DNA from: Podarcis filfolensis
Taxonomy: Eukaryota
DNA length: 64,000 nt
Strand: one strand, 5' to 3'
Assembly: GCA_964270895.1 (NCBI GenBank)
Contig: OZ185438.1
Positions 13,471 to 25,690 of the stretch are shown piece by piece. A model generated the notes under the pieces. That model was given only the letters and a program-made list of their open reading frames with translations, was not told the origin of the DNA and did not search any database. The position numbers and the translations under genes were made by a program. Numbering within the stretch: the first letter of the stretch is position 1; each line of letters starts with the position of its first letter.

Positions 13471-14439
13471 TTATTTCTTAATAACCCCAATGCATAAAGG
13501 CAGTAAGCGACAGGTTCCAAAAATTTTGTAAGCTAGATAAATAAAGACTGTCAGTTTTTAAGAAGATTGTTGATAAATATTCTAATCTTGTTAAGGTTAC
13601 CTAAATAAATATTTAGCTCTCAGCCTATCAATTTTCCAATGGCAACAGAATACGTATATTGACAAGGTAATCCTCATTTGCTGCAGGCATTTTAAAAGCT
13701 GACTAGCGTATACAGCAATAGCAATATCTAAATGTCTCTCACTGCTAAAAGGAAATCTGTAAATTTGATGCAACTGTGGGAAAAGTGCAGGTTTGAGGTA
13801 GATAGTTTTATCTCAAAGCTTGCCTAGGAGACCTTCTTTGTGTATTACTAGAGACTGGTTTCCAGCTATGATTAATAAAACTAGAGTCAAATAAATACAA
13901 GGATGAACCAGAGACCTGAGGGTTTTTAACTGTTTAGGTTTTCCAGCAGGAGGGGTCAATAAAAGCTGTTCATTAGTGTGATACAGGAGCCCTTTTCTAA
14001 CAACAAGCTAGAGATATGATCATACACAGGTGGAAAGAGAATGCTGAGAGCAGCATAATGGTGGTAGGCTCCAACCATGACCTATGCACATTTGTTCAAG
14101 TTCTGATTAGATTCTGTTTTTCAGCATTCCCAATCATCTGGAGACCATACATGCATTCTGGTACATGCATAGGAGATACCTCACTGTGAGTCCTGCAAGA
14201 CTGGCTCCTTGCTCCTCTGGCCCATCTCCACGTGGGGCTTTGACTGCCTCCAGTTACAAGGTCTGCTTCTGTTGTTCATGATATCTACAGACCATTGGGA
14301 TGGGCTACTGCTCTAGAATTCTTGCTAGGGCAAGTTTTCATTTTGGATTTCATTCTGGTTTTTCTAAATATTTTTTATTAATTTTCATAAACAGTAACCA
14401 ATCAAAGCCGTAAGAGATAGCCACAGGAAAGAAGAGTCA

Positions 14440-14660
14440 GCAAAAGATTGGTTTGTTTTTGCTGCTAATCTGGGTTACTCTTGAATTGTTTGATTTTATT
14501 GTATATTTGTTAATATGAAATGTTTTCATTAGTTCATTGCTTATATGACTATTTGATTTTTATGTACTGTAAAAGCTACTGATTTATGCGAAACATTTTG
14601 ATGCTGTGAGACACCTTGAGCATGGTTTACTGTGGAAAGACAGCATATAAATAAATGATG
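14440..14660 (+). mobile_element. Degraded L2-type LINE 3' end
   Basis: T-rich 3' UTR ending in ctgtgagacaccttgagcatggtttactgtggaaagacagcatataaataaatg. Confidence 0.4.
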
Positions 14661-16939
14661 ATCTTGAATGAACAGGGTCAGGGACAAAACTTGTGATCCC
14701 ACTCCCTTCCATCTATGTGAATGGATATCCTCAATTTGTTATCTGAAAAGGGCTAACTTCATTTCTAAAGATGACCAACAACTGCATCCTGCACAGCACT
14801 GAGTCTATATCAATTTTGGTGGCTGCTACCATGAAACTATCAATAAAGTCTCCAGAGATATAGTAAAGAAGTAGTGTACAGTAGCAAGGCAATATTAATG
14901 CCAAGCCCCCAAATTAGCAGCCACTAAGCAAAGCAAACTCAAATGATGAAAAGTCATGCACATTTTGTATTTTATTGAAATATACAAAACACTCGCTGCC
15001 TATTGAATGTTTCCCTCTCAGGCGGATGGTAAAAAAGTTTAGACTTATTCCCATTAACTTCTCATTATTCTATGGCTAGGAAATTATTGATGAAAGGAAA
15101 AAATAATAATTCATGTAATTATATGGGGATGCAGAAACAGGAGAATAACATTTCCAATAGCCATTACAATCTGTATGCTTGCTCTCTATAGTCATAGAAA
15201 ACAAAAGGAGCTCAAGCCAATGAGAAATCCTGAAGACAGGAACAATGGAGGACAGAAAGCCCAAATAGATTCACCACATAAGCAGAACACATGGGGGGAG
15301 GCATGTGGAAAGGTGTAGAGATATTGACAGAGGCAGAATGTATCACGGGATAAGTTCAATATGTGGGTTGAATTTAGAAGACAATGTTGAGGCTTTTGGC
15401 ACGAGGAGTGAAATTTTCCTAACACTGTTAAGAATAATTTTCAAAGATGGTAGAAACAGTATTTGCTGAAAGATGTAAGAAATTTCAGCAAGCCCACACA
15501 GTATGGGGATGGAGGAGGGAAGAAGATGCCTAGAGATGGAGCATTGCAAGGACTGAAAAAACAGTGATTAAAAAAACAGCTACAAAGAAATTACTGGGAA
15601 AATGGCATTTGAAGTGAATGAAGCAGAAGGAAGAAGACTAACCCAAGAATAGGTATAATAAAAGGTAGGAGATGATAAAGGGGAGAAGCAAAAACATTGA
15701 GTTGACAGTTGGCTGCAGCATCAAAGAGGCTTGAGAACATGAATTCATAGGCAATGGTGATGTCCCAATTTCAACCTTTCCTCAAGCCAAGCTCAGCAGC
15801 ACAGTTGCAGTAATAAAGAGGTTAGAATCAATGTGTGGAATTAGTATTTTCCCGAGCTCTCCACTAACAAACACACTGACCAATAGGAACACAAGAGCAG
15901 TCCACACTCTAATAGCAGCCTGCAAGAGAGTGGGCTATAGCAACCAGCATAGATTATATTGGAAATCAAAGCACTCTGGATTCCTCTTATGTAAAACTGT
16001 AGTAAAACTTAGCATGCTTTGTCTAAAGGGATATTATCAGTGTACTCAAAACTTTTCAAACTGGGCCTCCTTAACTTACTCTGCCTTCAAATCCACCAGT
16101 AGCCATCCTTTGGCAGGTGAGCGCACAGATTAGTGTTAGGATCTGGGACACCTCTCTAACCTTGGCATTAGAAGACAGCACTACATCTCAGCCTCCCTAT
16201 AAAGATAGCTCACAAAAGGAAGAGACAAGGGAGAGAAGGAACTGCTGTGGTCAGAAGGACCCAAATGGCTTCTGCTTCTGCAATCTCCACAGTTAGTGTA
16301 AGTTTTGGTAGCTGCAGCACAAAACTTTTTCTGCTCAGTATACAGTGGCTTTACCTGCTACAGGAACTTCTCTCTCTATGGAATCTGGTGGTTTTTGTTC
16401 AGGTGTCTTGTGCTCCCTTTTAAGGGAGACTACTTCACAGTATGCAGGAAATCTTCTACTTCTCCTGTGCTGCAATTAAATGGGCTCTTCAAATGTACTA
16501 GAGCTAGCCCAGAAAGGGCAAATAAGAACTTGTTTTGAGGGATCACATTTTGGTCATTGTTGCTGGCACCTCCACTTACATTTGAACATGTTTTCTTCAA
16601 TGAATGAGTGCAGTAGTTTCCACTGGTGGATCTAAGCATTCACTTTACCAAGAAAGAACTTTGCCATCATAACTACTTCCTGCCATCTGCTTAGGAAGTT
16701 TTACTTCTTCATGAGTAATGTACATCTGTTTACATTCTTACAGGAATGTACTTGTACATTTGCTGTATGCTTTGACATATAATTCTTTGCTTTCACTTAG
16801 TAGACAGACTCCTTTCCGGGAACTAGAAAAAACTTCTTAGTTATGTGCAAGAAACGTACCTTCTGCAGGTGTACATACAATCCAACCCCTACTGTAAAAG
16901 GGTCTGGGCAGGTGGCTGTGGTTTGGCAAGAATGGCATG

Positions 16940-17040
16940 GTGAGCCAAATGGGGATGCCTGGCAGCCCTGATTAGGGGATTTGAACCCTTGTCTCCCTGC
17001 TCCGACTCCAACATTCTAACTACTACACCACATTGGCTCT
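16940..17040 (-). mobile_element. tRNA-derived SINE head fragment
   Basis: Reverse B-box (ggatttgaaccc) and reverse A-box region (ctaactactacaccacattggc). Confidence 0.5.
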
Positions 17041-17428
17041 TATCTTATTCTTATCTGTTTTTGCCAACAACTTTGAAATGATTAGGACTGAGAAGCAACC
17101 TGTTTCATACTATGGAAGGCTTAGCCCAAGCAAGACAGACTTGCAGTGCACCTTGTGATTGAGAAGGCATTCTAGAGTATACCAGTACCGTTACAAAGTT
17201 CACTTTTCACAGTTGATGTTGGTTTCCTTTAAGATGCTTTGAAAGTGACTCGGCTGACCACATCCACATTCTGAAATACCATTTTTGAGAACTCCCAACG
17301 AAGCTCCAGCCAAAAGAACAGGAACTGACTCATTTTACAATGCCTGTTCAACATGTAATCAGTTTAGAGATTTTTGGCCAAAGTTACAGACAGGAATCGT
17401 GAGGAGTCAAAGTAGGAGACCCACTTAC

Positions 17429-17555
17429 CACTTAAAACTGGCACACATACCACTGAAATTTAAGTGCAAGAAAGATGGCCGAAAGCGGTGCAAAACCAAA
17501 CTGCACACAAGCCACCCCAGATTTATCATTACACAGTTAACTGCCCGTGTACCTT
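17429..17555 (-). other. Weak candidate 127-nt exon
   Basis: Donor GTG|GTAAGT at 17429/17428. Acceptor gtgtttgtgtgttgtgtattag|AAG is UG-rich rather than pyrimidine-rich. Confidence 0.25.
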
Positions 17556-20500
17556 CTAATACACAACACACAAACACTGATAAACCACTCCTAAATGCTA
17601 CATCACCTAATAATAAAGAAATAACAGAAAAGGATGCAGAAGGAAAAACACATCACTATTTGAAGGCACAAGTGGTAGAAATTACAAGCACATGGCCTAT
17701 AGACTCAAAAAATGGAAAGGGTAAAGAGTCAAAACACAGAAAACAGGCATGTGGTGTAGTCCTCTTCAATGTGGTAGCTTTGCACACATAGACAGGTCAT
17801 CATGTGGGGATCCTTTCAAACTACCAGTCCTCACATTCACCATGTTCAAAAGAAGTAGAGAGAGAGAGAAATTCAGGGTAGAGCCTACATTACAGCCCAT
17901 GTGAGAAAGAAGACAGAAGTCTGCTCCACCTTTCTATGGTAGAGACCACCAAGAACCTCCAGGCAAGCAGATCTGAGCATTCCAAAGAAAGAGAGAACAG
18001 CAAGTATATTCGGAACTAGAAGCTAAGGAGTCAACAGCTTCCTGTCTCTTGTTCATTAAGAAGGACGTCTTCACAGGAATGCCACACAGAAAGGGAATCT
18101 CAAAATCAGGAGAAAGTTCATTGCTTATGTACAAGTGGATGGGCAGACCTGAAAGGAAAATGGGAACAAATCTGAGGAAATGTTGATAGAATCAACATTT
18201 TTTGGAGGATTCAGAAAATGAAAAAGCACTAAGCTGCTGGGGACACCTATACTGTAACCATTCCCAAGGTAAAGCATCTTGGATTCCAAATATAAGCAGC
18301 AATATTAGAAAGTAAGATGATAAATGTAGGACTGTTAAAAATGAATTCATCCTTGATGCACCTCACACCTGCACTGTCCTCCCAGAATACCCATGTTGTG
18401 CCATCTCTGTAAACCTTCCTTAAAAACTCATTTCTTATGTGAAGCTTTTGACTTCACTCGTCATGTCTTAATTGAGCATCAATTTACAACTGTCGTGTTT
18501 GGTATTAGCTATACTGAATAATTCCTCTGAAAAAATCACCACTATACAGTAAGTGTGCTGTTTGTCAAGCCCATTGAACCAATATTTTTTCGTGTTCACT
18601 AGAACATAATGTGTTTTGTGCATCCTTAAGAATTATTATTTTTTAAATTTTCCAGGCAGTGCAAGAGCTTCTGAAAAACTCAGCTATAAGTGATAGACAA
18701 TGGTGACTGTCATAAACAGCCAGACTACTATAATATCTTTAAAACTCAAACAGTGTTCTAAAGTGGAGCTATACACACATCTATGCTAGAAATGAGATCC
18801 TGGCTGTGTTTGAAGCCAGCGGAAACACAGCTTTAAATTGCTTTTGTTTTAAAAACACAGTGACAACCAATGCCCATTGAATGTTCTTTTCCCCTTCTTT
18901 AGTAGGCATCTTCAAAGTATGATAGCCCCATATCAAAGAGCTACATATCCTGAGATGAATTTGTCCTGATTACAGTTCAGGAAAAATGACATGAAAACCA
19001 GAGGAAATTAAAAGCAACACAACTTGCTTGTCAAACTTAATATGTGACTAGCACTTGCCTGGGGCTACTGAGACTGGCATTAGGAATACAGAATAATTGT
19101 CACTGTACAAAATGTATTCTGGCAATAAAAGATCCCAGAAACACACTGAATTATTGTTGTATTTCCCACAGGAGAAGATTATAAAATATACAGTACAGCA
19201 AATAACTGGCATTTAAAAAGGATCATCAGCATGGATTCCATTTCACTTGCAGCGAATACTAGTAATACAGTTATTTTAGCATGCCAACTGAATGTGTGCT
19301 TACTCAGAAGTAATTCTTACTTACTCCAGTGTGTCTTAATTCTTAATAAACATCTTTAGCATTGAATCCTATGGGCTATTACAGTAACTTTCTCATATCT
19401 AATACATCTCTAATGAATACAACACAAGTACATCTGGGCTAGGGAAGGTCTAGCTCAGGTAAGTTTTGATAAATTATATTTACTGGATAGTTTATTTGTT
19501 TAGTCAGTTATTCCAAATATTTTTAATAGAATTGCTACTTAATACCTTTGTACAGCACCTAAATTTAAGGGGCAAACACTACACTTTTTGCAGATACTTG
19601 TTACAGATGCATTATGAATTCTTTAAACAGAGATTCATATTATGCAAAAAGTTATTGCAGACAAGTATAGTTACTTTTACTGGACATAAAAAGAGAGAAA
19701 CATACCAATATAAGTAAAACGATTTTTCCATGCTGCCATACATCTTACCCCTGCTAGCATACCTAAGAGCTAAATCTGCCACCACAGAACCAGAGCTTCT
19801 CAATTCCTAGCTGGATAAAATAAGGTGCTATGATCTGCATTTCCTGCAAGAGCTATAAATGAATTATTCGAGCCACAGCAGCATTACTGCTACACAACTC
19901 TGTGATCCCTAGAATCCACACATAACTGATATTTGCTGGGTCTACAAGTGTACCAGCACAGAGACATCTTGTGCAGCACAACAAAGCTATGGATCAGGAC
20001 CTAAATATGTAACAATATGTGAACTCATCCTAAGATATAGGATACTTAATGGTCAAAACCAATACACAATTATCAACATGCAAGCCCAGTAAAATCAATG
20101 AGCTTGGGCACTCCTAACTTCAAGAGAAAGCACATAGGTAGTCCCTGGTGTTTTTCCACCCACCCACAGACAAACAGCAGCACCAATGCCTCTCTCAAAA
20201 TTCCCCTCCTTTTAATGTGGAACTTTGGCATTATCACTTCTGTCATGCCAGGTCACTAACCTAACTTTGGAAAGGCCGAGGGCATGAATGCCCTTGCTAC
20301 CACTCAGACTAAAGCAGGGAAGGGGAATCTTGTAGTAGGGATGCATTTCCTCACATCACTTAGCCTCTGTCTGTCTTTAAACTTGTAAAAAGCAAAAGGC
20401 AAGATAATGCATATGGTGTTCCATTCATCGTGGGGAAATGCAATGTCATAATGGAAAGTGGTTAAGCATTTCAGACTATAAGGGAATGGGGGGGGTCACT

Positions 20501-20629
20501 ATGAGATGCTTCACAGGAAGTGATTCATAAATGAAATAATTTTAAGAAGCAAATAGAAACATTAATCTAGTTGACGTACGGTAACTTGATTTAATTGGGG
20601 CACAAGATATTTAGCCTTGCACATGTTGT

Positions 20630-21164
20630 ATGCTACAACAGCAGCTAGAATACTCATTGCAAAGTACTGGAAGACACAAGATCTACCCACACTGGAAGAA
20701 TGGCAGATGAAGGTGATAGACTACATGGGCTTGGCAGAAATGACGAGCAGAATCCGAAACCAGGGAAGAGAAGCAGCGGAAGAGGAATGGAAAAAGTTCA
20801 AAGATTATCTAAAGAAATATTATAAAATTAATGAAAATTAGAATGATGTTGGACTGGAAAGTAAATGGTTACTATTAGTAACGGTTAAGACAAGGAGAAT
20901 AAGCAAGATTAGATTAAATCTAAATTAAAATAAGGGAAGATTTGCTGAATAATTGATTAGAATCTGGAATACAGAAAAGGGAGGCACGAGGAAGTCGGGG
21001 AAGAAAGGTTTAAGAAATTAAGATATGAAATGGTATTTGTTTTTCTTTTTCTTTTTTGTCTTGTTTTTGCCTTTGTTTGTTTAAGTATTTGTTGTATTTA
21101 TGTTATGTTATGTTATGTTTATGTGGTTATAAAAACTGATTAATAAAAAAATATTTTAAAAAAA
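20630..21164 (+). mobile_element. 5'-truncated L1-clade LINE (ORF2 C-terminus, 3' UTR, poly(A))
   Basis: Open frame YATTAARILIAKYWKTQDLPTLEEWQMKV...EEWKKFKDYLKKYY, typical of an L1 ORF2 C-terminus. T-rich 3' UTR, AATAAA and A-tail. Perfect 26-bp TSD aagatatttagccttgcacatgttgt at 20604-20629 and 21165-21190. Confidence 0.92.
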
Positions 21165-21515
21165 AAGATATTTAGCCTTGCACATGTTGTTGGGTCTAAA
21201 TCTTAGCGAATGCTTTTGAGAGAGAGGGGACAAGGTTAGTGCAGAAAGTGCTTAAAGGAACGTTATTTTGCCGGCCGACTTCTAAAAAATGCATGTGGGC
21301 ACAATGGTTCCTGCAGCCGTGCCAGGACTGTACATCTGAGGGTCTTGCCATATGGAGAACTCCACCTTAACATATTTGAAGATTATCTGAATTACTTGGG
21401 AAATTGTAACACTAAGCCTTAAAAACCCTGTTTTTAACCAACCAGGTTTTTAACCCTGTTAAACCAAAATAGAATAAGAGTATTCTGATAGAACTTACAG
21501 GGATACATGTTTATG

Positions 21516-21601
21516 ACTAATCTTAGGCTTGGATTTACTCAGAAGTAAGGCCCATTCTGTATAAGGTACAAGGCAGATAATTGTAAATAGGACTGTAGCC
21601 T
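21516..21601. repeat. Short (about 85-90 bp) imperfect-palindrome interspersed repeat
   Basis: Shares the tttactcagaagtaag core and gcaatcct/aggattgc-like ends with copies at 30558, 50620 and 57845. Confidence 0.55.
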
Positions 21602-24600
21602 AGTTTACAGCTGATGGCATCTATTTTTATTTCAGTTCAATCAACCAACAGGCTGAAAGTGAACTATCTTGGACTATGTCAGCACTTGAGAATAACTCAT
21701 TCTTTAAAAAGGAACAACCAGCACCATATTAGAAATGCTTAACTACTGTGAAGTCTTTACCTATTAGAATTTAATCAGGAAGGACAATTGCTGAACTACT
21801 ACAACCACAATACTTATATATTTATCACTTTTCAAAGAATTATCCCAGAAAGCTTAAGGAAGATGGATCCTGTCTGCTCAGGTAGTTAAGAAGAAGATAA
21901 ATGTGTGATTAATGTGTGGCTTGTTTCAAAATTTGCAAATGTCACGCAACTCAGAAGAGCAAAACCATTAGCCATTTTCCCCTACTGCAATATGTGTTCT
22001 ATAATACTTTGTTTCAAAAAATTTATACACCACTAGGTTGTATAAAAATAAAATCTTTAAGGCAGCTTACAGAAAATGAAAAATATATTGCTAAACCAGT
22101 AACTTTACAACTTTAGGAATACATGACTTGCTTACAGAATCAGCAAGTCTGTAGCCACTTCTAACAGCTTGCTCCACCTGCTTTGTATGCTACCGCCATA
22201 CCATGTTAGATGAATGCATTCCCAAGGGTGCTTGGTGCTCCATTAATTTTGTACATCATAGTGCAGAGGTGAGGTCTACATTAAATAGGGTCTACATTTC
22301 TCCTGCAGTAGGAAGAAATGGAAACTTGCTCATAGTAGTCATGGCCAACAGTTGGGAGGAGGGACGTTTATGGGCAGAAAATAGATATGGTATATTAATT
22401 GGAATGGCACGTGGAATTATGGAAGATGACAGCCAGAAACATTTAATTTTTGTCATTGCATACAAAATTGCCCAGTAAGGAATGGGTGAAAAGTAGGCAC
22501 ATTGCTGGTAGACCTCTGAGCTCTATATCTATTTATTGATTGTTATAAGACAGATTTTGCCTACTGATAAGACAACCATCACCTATCCTAGTACAGCTAA
22601 GGCCATGACTCACTTTGGCCTGCCCTGTTAATTTATTGACACTAAATTGGTTCTTATGATCCTTTGGTGATTACAAATGAGCCACCAACTTTGTCTTACT
22701 ATACAGTCCTACACAGTATAGTGTATTTTGTGTGTTGTAAAGCAGATATAAAAAGAATGTGATATTTTGAAGTGATATTCTAAAATCCTGATCCAAATAT
22801 TATGAAAAATTGTTATGCTATTTCATTCATATAGGTGTAAATGCAGATCAGGTAATTTGAATTTCCAAGGAATCTTTCAAAATCAACTGGCAACCCAGTG
22901 GCACCAAATGCACATGAAGGTACTCATGGTAAGGACATTGGTAGAAGATGAGCACCATACACCAACTATATTCATTTTCTAAAGAGATTCTTTCAAGTTA
23001 TATTGCACTGGTTTCCCCAGCAGTGAAAAGATGCAAGAGAAGAATCTATATTGCTTGAAACATTCATATTATTATTAGGGAGGGAGGGGTGAGTTAATTG
23101 CTCTTGTGAATGAGGACAGGTTCAAACAACATTTGAGTTCAGAACTTCCACAGAGGTACTCAAATAATGTTATCTGACTTTGTTCACATAATAGATTCTC
23201 AGCTGTTCCCAGAACACACATATGTGGGTCAAATAAACTGGGCAATCTATTTATGACTACAATTACTGTAATTCTAGCGGCACTTTTTCTAGCAACCACC
23301 AACCAGTCAATTTTTAAAAGAATGGCTCTTTTATAAGTTCCTTTTCACTCATTCTCTCCAGCATCCAGATTTTCAGAGGGTCTTCCTGGCAAGTGGAATA
23401 TGAAAGCACTGCTGTTCATTAATTAAAATCACATTTTAAGTCTTCCTCATTGTCAACTACATCAGAGGTCAAAGTGGGATTTGAAATTCGCCACAGAAAT
23501 ACAATGCTTCAAAGAAAAATTAGGGATCAGAGAAGGCCACTTTGGAGAGCATTTAACTCTGTCTTCACTTTTAATACTTCAGAACAGGTACATCACACGG
23601 AGAGACTTTTCAAAGTGCAGTGATCAAACAAGATAAGGTAATTTTGAGTGACAACATGTCTTGCTTCCTTTAAGTGCAAGAATGTGGAAGGAGCATGGAT
23701 AAAATTACCTGTTTCTTAGACTGCTAACATAGGAAGTTTTCACTTATAATGCTATCTTTTATGAGTGGCAAATACATTGTGAAGCCTTCCAAACAGTTTG
23801 CTTAAGACTAGCAAGCAGCCTTTTCCAGGTGTTCATTGGACACACCTTAACTAGAACAAGAATGATTGCCAAGGTGGGGTTCTCATTCTTCCTGATTTAC
23901 TAGGGAACAAGGCTGTTAAAATACATGCTTATCTGAAAGTCCTTTTTTTTATTGCTCCCCTTATTAAGAATTTCCTGCTTATTTTTTACCTTTTAGACAG
24001 CAATCTATATTTTTACTGAAAGGACTCTTTATCTGTGAGCATTTAGTAGGAAAAAAGAAGGAACTATTCTGAAAAGTGTTAGAAAAATACAGAACAAAAG
24101 CAGGTCCTTTCTACCTTTTGCCATATGTCTCAAACAATGGAGTACTGAAAACATCACTAAAACAATTAACCCTGGCTATACAAACAAGGGGGGGGGGGAG
24201 AGAGAAAAGAACTGATTAAGACTAGAGACAGAACATTTTACACAGTCTTTACCTAGACCAGCCTCAATTAAGTCATTTCCTTCAAAAGTATAATTAAAAT
24301 AAACTGAAAAATAAAGGTGAGACATTACTACACAGAAGTCTACCCCGCAATTTAAGTAAACTTAATGTTATTGACTAAAAGGTAATTGTTTCCTCTATTT
24401 GTTTCAACACAACATGTTCTAAGAAAAATCTGAAAATGAGCTAATTGAAGGAAGTATGACTAACAGAGAAAAATATTTTTCTGTTAGCTCATGACATTTT
24501 TATTATACTGGAAACTTCATTCAAAACTTATGAACACTCTTTCAGGTTTCTTATGTCCTGTACTATGTACTTGCTTTTCTCTGCATTATTAGTGTCAACA

Positions 24601-25128
24601 TATTCAACAAGTTCCACTTTATAAAAAAATAAAATAAAATAATTGTTATTGAAATGGGGTGCCAATTTGTGCTAACTTTTTTGTATTAGAACATGACAGA
24701 CTGATATTTCAGGATGTCTTCCTGTCAGTAAGTATGTTGCAAGTCGTCAGTGGAAAGAAAAACTAGCAGTTTAACTAGAGTCTCTTTCATTTCTAAAGAC
24801 AGCTTATTATGAATTTAGACAGTACAAAATAGTTCTGCATTGGAGGGAGAACATACTATTCAATTTCCAATTAACAATTTCCTGCCTCCCCACAAAAAAT
24901 CCTGAAAACATTTACCTTTTCAATCAGTTGCATGCCTCTTCCCTAAAACATCACCACAGAAACATCTCAACGTTTTTTTAAACATGCTACCCCAAAACAG
25001 ATTAAACAAATCATTTCTATTCTCCATTTCAATTCAGTTATTAGTTAGAAACCTGAAAATCTGGACGTAATTTTAAACACAAAACAACAGACTATCTTTT
25101 GCAGTAGGTAGCACCACTTCTCACTTAC

Positions 25129-25204
25129 CCATTCCGAGCAAATAATACTTCCTGGTGAAAGGATTTTACAGCTTCCGTTAACTAAAAAGCGTTCAGCACT
25201 ACAG
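25129..25204 (-). other. Candidate 76-nt exon ending in ATG-G
   Basis: Branch-like ttctgac, acceptor tgtcttgtctag|CTG at 25205/25204, donor TGG|GTAAGTGAG at 25129/25128. The last four nucleotides are ATGG. Confidence 0.7.
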
Positions 25205-25417
25205 CTAGACAAGACAGATTACAAAATGCTTTTGTCAGAAGGCAGCGTGAAAGTTTCTCCCCCTACAGTTATGTTCCAGAGTAAAGAGCCATCAGCACTC
25301 CATTCCTGTGATAAAAACAAGGTAACGACAAAGGAAAAGAGGCTCAGACAAGTTCCTGTCAAAGATTCTTAACTGCAGTCTTCTGAAAATAGTAAGCAAT
25401 CTTAAAGTGACAGTTAC

Positions 25418-25590
25418 CAAACTCCAAGGTGACGCTCATTAATCCAAATTGGCTGCAGCTGGCTTTATTGTCTACCATTTGGCTTGGTCAAGCCCACATG
25501 AGTGTTAAACTTTATCACATGTTGCTGAATCACCGCCTAGCCTCATCATTGCAAACTACATGTAACTAAGCAATGCGAGCGAGGAAAGCT
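25418..25590 (-). other. Candidate alternative first exon
   Basis: Lies downstream of the TATA-like/CCAAT/E-box cluster. Donor TTG|GTAACT at 25418/25417; a 213-nt intron joins it to the 76-nt exon. TSS (about 25590) is inferred only from the TATA position. Confidence 0.5.
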
Positions 25591-25609
25591 TCTACTAACT
25601 CGAAGGCAG

Positions 25610-25690
25610 GGAGTTCTTATACACAGCCGCCAATTAGCTCTTGCCCAATCACAGGCTGCAACTAGTTGCCTCAGTCACATGACAGGGCAG
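25610..25690 (-). promoter_or_regulatory. Promoter-like block
   Basis: In minus-strand order: GTCACATGAC E-box (25674-25683), 12-bp palindrome gcaactagttgc (25658-25669), two CCAAT boxes (25645-25649, 25630-25634), TATAAGAA (25620-25613). Confidence 0.55.

Noticed and set aside
17285-17791. Longest ORF in the track (168 aa, plus strand, TTG start)
   Set aside because: No recognisable domain or splice context; its K/T/N/H-rich composition is what the antisense of GT-rich intronic DNA gives.
23582-23637. Apparent plus-strand exon (cttcag|AAC ... AAG|GTAATT)
   Set aside because: Isolated; no other plus-strand exons to link to, and the better-supported splice signals are on minus.
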